Assembly: GCA_947455805.1 (NCBI GenBank)
Contig: CANGSN010000001.1
Span: forward strand, 1-47,862
DNA: 47,862 bases
Direction of reading: 5' to 3'
Source of the DNA: Planctomycetota bacterium
Lineage (GTDB): Bacteria > Planctomycetota > UBA1135 > UBA2386
Position 1 is the first letter of the stretch. The number at the start of each line of letters is the position of its first letter. The notes under the pieces were generated by a model that saw nothing but the letters and a program-made list of their open reading frames with translations, was not told where the DNA came from and did no database searches. The translations under genes and the position numbers were made by a program. Of this stretch, positions 1 through 8,357 are shown piece after piece.

Positions 1-257
1 ACGCGCACGCCGGTGTCGGGCAGGCCCAGGTTGCCGCGAACGAGCGCGCCGAGGCGCTGCGTCGCCGCCGCGGCTTCGGCCTCGCGTTCGGCGGCGGTGC
101 CGCGCGAACCCTTCTCGCCGCGCGTGACGTCGAGCAGCACCACGCTGTGACCGGCGGCGCGCAGCAGCAGCAGCGTGCCGGCGTTGCCGATCTCGATGTC
201 GTCGGGGTGCGGGCCGAGCGCCAGCACCGAGCAGGCGGGCAGCGAGGGCGGCGCCAT
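1..257 (-). CDS. bshB: PIG-L/LmbE-family deacetylase, 5' part only (gene runs off the left edge). Probably a bacillithiol BshB-type enzyme.
   Basis: My own reverse-strand translation from ATG (257-255) gives MAPPSLPACSVLALGPHPDDIEIGNAGTLLLLRAAGHSVVLLDVTRGEKGSRGTAAEREAEAAAATQRLG... The LGPHPDDIEIG..GTL block is the LmbE/PIG-L signature. The start lies 3 nt after the bshC stop. It is missing from the ORF track only because it is truncated. Confidence 0.7.
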   Translation of the reverse strand, partial: MAPPSLPACSVLALGPHPDDIEIGNAGTLLLLRAAGHSVVLLDVTRGEKGSRGTAAEREAEAAAATQRLGALVRGNLGLPDTGVR

Positions 258-259
258 GC

Positions 260-1816
260 TCACAGCTCCAGCACGCCGTGCTCGATGCGGAACGGGTCGG
301 CGGCGTCGATCAGCGCGTCGGCGAGGCCCGGCCCGAAGCTGTTCAGGTAGGCGATCGGCCCGAGCACGCGCTCCTGCGGACGATTGCGCGGGCGCAGCGA
401 GTTGCACAGGCGGCGGAGCTGCTTGATGCCGGTGCCCTCGCGGTTCTGGCGGGCGTTGCGCACCTTCTGCTGCAGTCGCTCGATCTCCTCGAGGGCCTTC
501 GTGCGCGCGCGATCGAGCGCACTCAGCATCGACGCGTCGAGCGCGGTGAGCTTCGGGGTCAGCCCGTCGAGGCTCGCCCGCACCTTCGCCTGCAGTTCGT
601 CGAGCGCGTCCTCGACGTCGTTGCCGTCGTCGCTCTGCAGCAGCTTCTCGGCGAGCTTCTCGGGGCCCTGGTCGAGGTCCGGCAGGTCGAGCGAGAAGCG
701 CGTCAGCAGGCGCTGCAGCGACGGCTCGACCAGCGTCATCGACGCGCGCGGCACGAACACCGGCATCGGCACGCCGAGCAGGCGGTAGAGCGGCGCCACC
801 GCGCACAGGTAGGCGAGTTCGCCCGGGCCGACGACGAACGCGATCGTCGGCAGGCACGCGTCCTGCCACAGCGGCCGCAACAGCACGCCGGGGCTCAGGT
901 CCTGCGCGCGCCCGGCTTCTTCGCCGTCGGCGAGCGGTTCGCGGTGGCCACCCGCCAGCTGGAACATCATCGTCGTCGACGGATCGAGCGTGACGTCGAC
1001 GCCGACGTCGGCGAGGTCGTCGCAGGTCTGCTTCACCTTCTCGCGGATGTCGTTCGACTTCGCCCACCACTTGGTCAGCGGCTCGAACGCTTCCGGCGGC
1101 AGGTCGCGCGGTTCGATGACGAGCAGGCCGTGGCGGCCGAACGCCTCGAACAGCAGGCGCGCCTGCTGGTCGCCGAGCGTCTCGTCCGGGTGGCGCGGCT
1201 TGCACAGCGCCAGCACGCGGTCGCGGAACTCCGTCTGCGGCAGCAGCGGGTCGAGCTCGGCCAGCACCTTCTCCATCTCGCGGCCGATGCCGATGCCGCG
1301 CAGCGGTTCGCTGGTGCGCTGCAGGTCGAGGCGGAAGCGCTGCACCTCCTGCTGCTGGTTGACCAGGAACAGCCGATTGGCTTCGTCGAGGTCGTGGTCG
1401 TCGCTGTGGTTCCAGAACAGCGGCACGACGCGCGGGCCGCCGGGCTGCGCGTTCAGTTCGCGGCACAGCCGGATCGCCGTCGCGACCTTGTGGAACGTGA
1501 ACAGCGGGCCGCCGAGCAGGCCGGGCTGCTGGCCGGTGACGACGACGTGCACGTTCGGGTCGAGCAGCGCTTCCGCCGAGGCCAGCACCTCCGGCGGTGC
1601 TCCGTGCTTCTGCGCGTAGGCACGCAGCGCCTTGACCAGCAGGTCGCGCGGCAGCAGGCGGCCGGCTCCGGTCGGCGCGCGGCGCACGAGCTCGGCGACC
1701 GAGCGCGCGCGCATGCCGAGGAAGCCGCCGAGGTCGCGGTCGTCCTCGAGGAAGCGCTGGTGCACCTCGGAGGTGCCGAGGCGGCGGAAGGAGATGTGGC
1801 GGAGGGTCGAGGTCAC
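260..1816 (-). CDS. bshC: Bacillithiol biosynthesis protein BshC (putative cysteine ligase)
   Basis: 518-aa ORF with a GTG start at 1816. The VVTGQQPGLLGGPLFTFHK and FWNHSDDHDLDE blocks match the GQQxGLxxGPLYxxxK and EDHDxDE signature I recall for BshC. Length is typical at about 520-540 aa. A deacetylase gene follows directly. Confidence 0.82.
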   Translation of the reverse strand: MTSTLRHISFRRLGTSEVHQRFLEDDRDLGGFLGMRARSVAELVRRAPTGAGRLLPRDLLVKALRAYAQKHGAPPEVLASAEALLDPNVHVVVTGQQPGLLGGPLFTFHKVATAIRLCRELNAQPGGPRVVPLFWNHSDDHDLDEANRLFLVNQQQEVQRFRLDLQRTSEPLRGIGIGREMEKVLAELDPLLPQTEFRDRVLALCKPRHPDETLGDQQARLLFEAFGRHGLLVIEPRDLPPEAFEPLTKWWAKSNDIREKVKQTCDDLADVGVDVTLDPSTTMMFQLAGGHREPLADGEEAGRAQDLSPGVLLRPLWQDACLPTIAFVVGPGELAYLCAVAPLYRLLGVPMPVFVPRASMTLVEPSLQRLLTRFSLDLPDLDQGPEKLAEKLLQSDDGNDVEDALDELQAKVRASLDGLTPKLTALDASMLSALDRARTKALEEIERLQQKVRNARQNREGTGIKQLRRLCNSLRPRNRPQERVLGPIAYLNSFGPGLADALIDAADPFRIEHGVLEL

Positions 1817-1832
1817 GGATTGCCTGGGCGGT

Positions 1833-2696
1833 CTACGGCGCCTTCGCGACGGCGTTGCAGTCGCGGGCGAAGTCGCGCGCCGCCTGGTCGATGCGATCGA
1901 GCCAGTCGGTGGCGGTGGGTTGGAAACACTGCATGACGCCGCGGCTCTGGTTGACCAGCGCGCCGAGGCCGCGGCGATCGAAGGCGGCGGCGAGGTCCTG
2001 CACCTTGCCGCCTTGCGCGCCGACGCCGGGCAGCAGCAGCCACGCGTGCGGCAGCAGCTGGCGCAGGCGGGCGAGTTCCTGCGGCCAGGTGGCGCCGACG
2101 ACGGCGCCGACCGGCGAGTAACCCTCGCTGCGTTCGAGGTCCTGGCCCCAGCGCGTCACCGCGCGCGCGACGACGTCGCACAGCGGCTCGCCGCCGACCT
2201 GCAGGTCCTGGAAGTCCTTGGCGCCCGGATTGCTCGTGCGCACCAGCACGAACACCGCCTTGCCGCCGCGTTCGCTGCGGCAGTGCGCGAGGAACGGCTG
2301 CACCGAGTCGAGGCCGAGGTACGGATGCAGCGTCACCGCGTCGTTGCAGCGGAAGTGGCCCTCGGCGTAGGCCTCGGCGGTGCTGCCGATGTCGCCGCGC
2401 TTGACGTCGCCCAGCACCAGCAGGCCGTGCTGCTGCGCCATCGCCGCGACCTCTTCGTAGGCGCGGTAGCCGTCGCTGCCGTAGCACTCGAAGAAGGCGA
2501 TGTTCGGCTTCACGCACGGCGCGTGGCGGGCGAGCCGCGGCAACGCTTCGCGGTAGAACGCCACGATGCGCTGCGCTGGCGAACCGCCGGGCAGCACGTT
2601 CGCGGGGAGCGCGTCGAGACGCGGATCGAGGCCGATCACGATCGGTGCCTGACCGGAGAGAACTCGTTCCGCGAGGCGTGCGACGAAACTGCGCAT
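1833..2696 (-). CDS. pyrF: Orotidine 5'-phosphate decarboxylase, type 2 (long form)
   Basis: Track ORF 1833-2825. I start it at ATG 2696 (MRSFVARLAERV...) because the 43 upstream codons are R/G-rich and not protein-like. Contains the blocks IVIGLDP, VKPNIAFFE, LGDVKRGDIGSTA and LVNQSRG. Confidence 0.88.
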   Translation of the reverse strand: MRSFVARLAERVLSGQAPIVIGLDPRLDALPANVLPGGSPAQRIVAFYREALPRLARHAPCVKPNIAFFECYGSDGYRAYEEVAAMAQQHGLLVLGDVKRGDIGSTAEAYAEGHFRCNDAVTLHPYLGLDSVQPFLAHCRSERGGKAVFVLVRTSNPGAKDFQDLQVGGEPLCDVVARAVTRWGQDLERSEGYSPVGAVVGATWPQELARLRQLLPHAWLLLPGVGAQGGKVQDLAAAFDRRGLGALVNQSRGVMQCFQPTATDWLDRIDQAARDFARDCNAVAKAP

Positions 2697-2909
2697 TCGT
2701 GCCGGGAGACTAGCTGTGATTCCCCATGGCGCGAGCGGCGTGCGTCTGATTCTCTTCCGACCCCCGAACTGGTCTCGGGCATCGCGCGTCCGCGCCATGC
2801 CTTCGTCGAGGCCAGCGCCGGGCATCCAGTGTCAGCGCCCGCGTGCGCTCGGCTCCTTCGTCGACGCGAAGGCCCGCGCGTGCGCGGGATCCGACGGAGG
2901 CAGACCCCC

Positions 2910-4046
2910 ATGGTTGTGATCTTCGTGCCGAAGGAATCGGCGGCCGGCGAGACGCGTGTCGCGGCGGTCCCCGAGACCGTGAAGGGCATGCTGAAGCTCG
3001 GCCTGTCCGTGCAGGTCGAGCGTGGTGCCGGCAAAGCCGCCGGCTTTCCCGACGGTGACTACGAGGCCGCCGGTGCGACGTTGGTCGACGCCGCGGCCCG
3101 CAGCGCCGCCGACATGGTGCTCGGCATCCAGACGCCGCCGCCGGACGTCTGCACGCAGCAGAAGCCCGGTTCGCTGCTGGTCTGCACGCTGATGCCCGGC
3201 CTCTCGCTGCCGTCGATCAAGGCGCTGCGGGACGGCAAGGTCTCGGCGGTCGGCCTCGAGTTCATGCCGCGCATCACGCGCGCGCAGAAGATGGACATCC
3301 TGAGCTCGCAGGCGACGTGCGGCGGCTACCAGGCCGTGCTGCTCGCCGCCGTGCACCTGCCGAAGATGTTCCCGCTGATGATGACGGCCGCCGGCACGAT
3401 CACGCCGGCGCGCGTGCTGGTGCTCGGCGCCGGCGTCGCCGGCCTGCAGGCGATCTCGACCGCGAAGAAGCTCGGTGCGATCGTCGAGGCCAACGACATC
3501 CGGCCGGCGGTGAAGGAGCAGGTCGAGTCGCTCGGCGGCAAGTTCGTCGACACCGGCACGCCGCCGGAAGCGGAGACGAAGGGCGGCTACGCGCGCGAGA
3601 CGTCGGAGGAGTTCGCGAAGAAGCAGCGCGAGATCCTCACCTCGCACATCACGCAGGCGGACGTGCTGATCACGACCGCGCTGATCCCGGGCAGGAAGGC
3701 GCCGGTGCTGGTCACCGCCGAGATGCGCAAGGGCATGAAGCCCGGCTCGGTGATCGTCGACATGGCGGCCGGTGCCGGCGGCAACGTCGAAGGTTCGGTC
3801 GCCGGCCAGCGCGTCGTCGTCGACGGCGTCACCATCCTCGGCGACGCCAACCTGCCGGCGCAGGTCGGTGCCGACGCCTCGCGCATGTATGCGCGCAACG
3901 TGCTCGCCTTCCTCGGCGAGTTCGTCAAGGCCGGCGAGGTGAAGTTCGACCTGCAGAACGAGATCCTGAACGCGGTGACCATCGTGCACGACGGTCAGGT
4001 GCGCCACGAACCGACGGCGAAGTCTCTCGCCGCGCAAGGGAGCTGA
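2910..4046 (+). CDS. pntAA: NAD(P) transhydrogenase subunit alpha part 1 (dI, NAD(H)-binding)
   Basis: This is the in-frame tail of track ORF 1632-4046. ATG 2910 is preceded by GGAGG 9 nt upstream. The product begins MVVIFVPKESAAGETRVAAVPETVKGMLKLGLSVQVERGAG and carries the Rossmann motif VLVLGAGVAGLQAI. Confidence 0.92.
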   Translation: MVVIFVPKESAAGETRVAAVPETVKGMLKLGLSVQVERGAGKAAGFPDGDYEAAGATLVDAAARSAADMVLGIQTPPPDVCTQQKPGSLLVCTLMPGLSLPSIKALRDGKVSAVGLEFMPRITRAQKMDILSSQATCGGYQAVLLAAVHLPKMFPLMMTAAGTITPARVLVLGAGVAGLQAISTAKKLGAIVEANDIRPAVKEQVESLGGKFVDTGTPPEAETKGGYARETSEEFAKKQREILTSHITQADVLITTALIPGRKAPVLVTAEMRKGMKPGSVIVDMAAGAGGNVEGSVAGQRVVVDGVTILGDANLPAQVGADASRMYARNVLAFLGEFVKAGEVKFDLQNEILNAVTIVHDGQVRHEPTAKSLAAQGS

Positions 4047-4049
4047 GCG

Positions 4050-4330
4050 ATGGACTTCTACTTCGTCTTCGTCTTCGTCATCGCCTCGCTGCTCGGCTTC
4101 GAGCTGATCAACAAGGTGCCGCCGACGCTGCACACGCCGCTGATGTCCGGTTCGAACGCGATCTCGGGCATCACGCTGGTCGGCGCCTTGCTGTGCGCCG
4201 AGACCGGCGAGGGCTTCTTCGCGCAGAGCCTGGCCTTCCTCGCCATCGTGTTCGCGATGATCAACGTCGTCGGTGGCTACATGGTCACGGACCGCATGCT
4301 CGCGTCCTTCAAGAAGAAGGAGAAGCAGTC

Positions 4331-4334
<4 letters not shown>
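4050..4334 (+). CDS. pntAB: NAD(P) transhydrogenase subunit alpha part 2 (membrane dII piece)
   Basis: 94 aa, three hydrophobic helices and the LHTPLMSGSNAISGI motif. It starts 3 nt after pntAA and overlaps pntB by GTGA. Confidence 0.9.
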
Positions 4335-5722
<1,388 letters not shown>

Positions 5723-6010
5723 CGGATCGCGGCGGGTCGCGGTCGCGCTCGGCGCGGCTGCGCAGTCGGTCCGTTGTTCGCCGCGCGTCCTTCACGATGC
5801 GTCTGCGCATTGCGGTGAAGCGGTAAGTGGTCCCGCGGCGGGGTCTCGCAATGGATCGCAGCGGGTTGGAGGGGTGGACGCCGCGAGCAGACATCGCCAA
5901 ACTGTCGCGCCCGCTGCGGCCATCGGCCTCGCGCGAGATCGCCAATGCGGCTCGTGCATCGCCTCGTCTCTGCCCGCAGCTCGACAACACCAGTTCCACC
6001 GATTGCCCCA

Positions 6011-7447
6011 ATGACCATGACCCGCACTTCCCTGCTCGCCGCCGTCGCGGCGCTGCTCGTCGCTCCCTCGATCCTCGCCCAGGCCACGCTGACGCCGCTG
6101 ACGACGTTCGGCACGAACGGCTGGCTCGCTCCGCTCTCGATCCCGCAGCTCGGCACCGCCAACAACGAGCGCGGCTTCGCCTACAACCCGGTGACCAACA
6201 ACCTCGTGCTCGTCTCGCGCACCGGCGGCACCAACGTGCGCGTGCTCGACGGCAACTCGGGCGCCGACCTCGGCGGCCTGAACGTCACCGGCATCACCGG
6301 CGGCACGCTCGCGGTCAACATGGCCGGCGTCGCCGACGACGGCTCGATCTACGTCGCCAACCTCGCGACCACGGTCGCCGGTCCGTTCAAGGTCTACAAG
6401 TGGGATTCGGAGGCGCTCGGCCTCACCACGGGTGGCAACACGCCGCCGTCGGTCGCGTTCAACGCCTCGGCTGGCGTCACGCGCGCCGGCGACTCGTTCG
6501 CGGTGCAGGGCGGCTCGGGTGGCAACCCGATCCAGTTCGCGGCCGGCGGCACGAACAACGTCAGCGCCAGCAACTTCGCGATCGGCACGCTCGACGGCAG
6601 CAACGCCGTGACGGCTTACCTGTCGGTCCCGGGCACGGTGACGACCAGCAACGACTACCGCCTCGGCCTGACGTTCGTCGACAACGACACGATCATCGGT
6701 CGTGGTGACAACCCGGCCCGCATCACCACGTTCAGTGGTGGCACGGCCACGGTCGACGCCTCGTTCGCCACCGGCTCGGCCGCGCGCCGCGCGATGGACT
6801 ACGCGGTCATCGGCGGCCGTCCGCTGCTGGCCATGATCGACACCAACAGCTCGCAGGTCGTCGTGTTCGACCTGACGGTCCCGAACGCGCCGCTGCAGCT
6901 GGTCACGGCCAACGCCACCAGCGGCACGCTGGCGGCGAACGGCAACGGCACGGGCGCCGTGCAGTGGGGCGGCATCAGCGGCACCGTCGCGACGCTCTAC
7001 GCGATGAGCAGCAACCAGGGCATCCAGGCGTTCACGTTCTCGCTGGCCCCGCTGGCCTCGGCGCCGACCTACGGTACCGGTTGTGACGGCCTGACGATCG
7101 GCACCAACGGTTTGCCCAGCATCGGCAATGCCGGATTCCAGCTCGTCGTCTCGAACATCCCGGTGATCTCGCCGGTCGCCTACGTCGCCTTCGGCACCAC
7201 GGCGATCCCCTTCGGCTTCGACCTGACGCCGTTCGACATGGCCGGTTGCTTTGCCTACAACGCGCTCGACATCGACCTCATCCCGTCGGGCCCGGTCGTC
7301 GGCGGCACCAGCTTGTTCCCGCTGTCGATTCCGAACAGCCTCGGCCTGTTGAACGCGTCCATCGCCGCGCAGGGCGTGTCGCTGAGCCTGACCACCGTGC
7401 TGGGCCTGGCCACGAGCAACGGCGTCAACATGGTGTTCGGGTTCTGA
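6011..7447 (+). CDS. Secreted protein of unknown function: Gly/Thr/Asn-rich beta-rich N-terminal region plus a Cys-containing C-terminal domain
   Basis: Track ORF 5945-7447. I prefer ATG 6011 because MTMTRTSLLAAVAALLVAPSILAQA is a clean signal peptide. GC3-rich codon usage. The N-terminal part (NERGFAYNPVTNNLVLVSR...DDGSIYVANL...VYKW) resembles DUF4623-type proteins, but this is from memory and unverified. Confidence 0.7.
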   Translation: MTMTRTSLLAAVAALLVAPSILAQATLTPLTTFGTNGWLAPLSIPQLGTANNERGFAYNPVTNNLVLVSRTGGTNVRVLDGNSGADLGGLNVTGITGGTLAVNMAGVADDGSIYVANLATTVAGPFKVYKWDSEALGLTTGGNTPPSVAFNASAGVTRAGDSFAVQGGSGGNPIQFAAGGTNNVSASNFAIGTLDGSNAVTAYLSVPGTVTTSNDYRLGLTFVDNDTIIGRGDNPARITTFSGGTATVDASFATGSAARRAMDYAVIGGRPLLAMIDTNSSQVVVFDLTVPNAPLQLVTANATSGTLAANGNGTGAVQWGGISGTVATLYAMSSNQGIQAFTFSLAPLASAPTYGTGCDGLTIGTNGLPSIGNAGFQLVVSNIPVISPVAYVAFGTTAIPFGFDLTPFDMAGCFAYNALDIDLIPSGPVVGGTSLFPLSIPNSLGLLNASIAAQGVSLSLTTVLGLATSNGVNMVFGF

Positions 7448-7480
7448 AGATGCTCGCCCCTTACGGGGCGACCATCTTCA
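7445..7480 (+). terminator. Strong stem-loop overlapping the stop codon of the 6011-7447 gene
   Basis: tgaagatgctcgcccc-ttac-ggggcgaccatcttca gives 15 bp with one mismatch and a 4-nt loop. No U-tract follows. It sits in a convergent gap. Confidence 0.5.
7452..7474. repeat. Copy 1 of a 23-nt hairpin-forming direct repeat, GCTCGCCCCTTACGGGGCGACCA
   Basis: An identical 23-mer recurs at 7566-7588. Confidence 0.85.
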
Positions 7481-7565
7481 GGCCTCTCGAGACGCCGCCA
7501 CGCGTCGTTTCCCGCTGTTGCGGAACGACGCCACAGGCTCCGCTGCGTCGTCTCAGTCCGGAGTC

Positions 7566-7588
7566 GCTCGCCCCTTACGGGGCGACCA
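7566..7588. repeat. Copy 2 of the 23-nt hairpin-forming direct repeat. Likely terminator for the SWIM gene.
   Basis: Exact copy of 7452-7474, ending 14 nt downstream (on the minus strand) of the SWIM gene stop at 7602-7604. Confidence 0.8.
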
Positions 7589-7601
7589 GCCTCGGAGCGG
7601 C

Positions 7602-8357
7602 TCAGGCGCGCGTCTTGACGGGCGGCGGCGGTGCCGGCGCCGGCGGCTCGGCCGGGGTCGACGACAGGGCCGCGAGCGCCTTCAGCGCCGGCTGCGCGCA
7701 TCGCTCCGACAGCGCCCCGGTCAACCAGCGCACCTGCGACGTCGTCAGGCCCTGACCGAGGTCGGCGTCTTCGGCGTCCGGATAGAGCACCGGCTCCTCC
7801 GGCACGCCGAACGCGAGCGGCGGCAGGTCGCCTTCCGGCTCGGTCTGGTGCACCTTCGCCAGCGTCGCCTGCAGGTCGACGCCGCGCAGCATCAGCATCT
7901 CCCACGGCCGTTCGTCGAGCCGGCGCGCGAACAGTTCGTGCAGCGCCAGCACGTGGCGGCACGGTTTCTCGGGCAGGTCGCACGAGCAGCCGAACGTCAC
8001 GCTGCGCGCGTCCGGGAACAGCGGCTCGCCGATGACACGCGCGACCAGGCGGTCGAAGCTGCGCGGCACGCGGCCGTCCTCGAGCGACTGCACGATCGAC
8101 TTGCTGCGGCGCAGCACGCGCACCAGCGTGTTCCAGTCGCGCTGCGGCAGCGTGCGGATCTGCAGGCTGACCTCGTGGATCGAGCCCATCGAGCCCTCCA
8201 TCTCGCAGCGGATCGAACCCGCGCGGATGCGGACCATCGGCTTGCGGATGCTCGGCAGTGCTTCGAGCGCCGCGGCCAGCCGCTGGTCGTCGACGCCGCG
8301 CGTCGCCTCGCGGCGCCAGCGCTCGCCGAGCGACACCGACTTGCGTTCGGTGCTCAT
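7602..8357 (-). CDS. SWIM zinc-finger protein (partner of the SNF2 helicase)
   Basis: This is the 251-aa C-terminal part of track ORF 7602-9764, starting at ATG 8357 (MSTERKSVSLGERW...). FGCSCDLPEKPCRHVLALH fits the CxC...CxH SWIM signature. The start overlaps the SNF2 stop as ATGA. Confidence 0.85.
   Translation of the reverse strand: MSTERKSVSLGERWRREATRGVDDQRLAAALEALPSIRKPMVRIRAGSIRCEMEGSMGSIHEVSLQIRTLPQRDWNTLVRVLRRSKSIVQSLEDGRVPRSFDRLVARVIGEPLFPDARSVTFGCSCDLPEKPCRHVLALHELFARRLDERPWEMLMLRGVDLQATLAKVHQTEPEGDLPPLAFGVPEEPVLYPDAEDADLGQGLTTSQVRWLTGALSERCAQPALKALAALSSTPAEPPAPAPPPPVKTRA

Noticed and set aside
278-1936. 552-aa plus-strand ORF antisense to bshC. Similar long ORFs occur at 1632-2909, 1813-2517, 2832-4133, 4273-5826 and 4277-5386.
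   Set aside because: Their composition is extremely Arg/Ala/Gly/Pro/His-rich with no recognisable motifs. They overlap genes that have clear family signatures. These are the typical stop-free shadow frames of GC3-rich coding DNA.
5945-6010. Upstream ATG 5945 as the start of the secreted protein
   Set aside because: The extra 22 residues (MRLVHRLVSARSSTTPVPPIAP) would bury the signal peptide. ATG 6011 gives a standard n-h-c signal with an AQA cleavage site.
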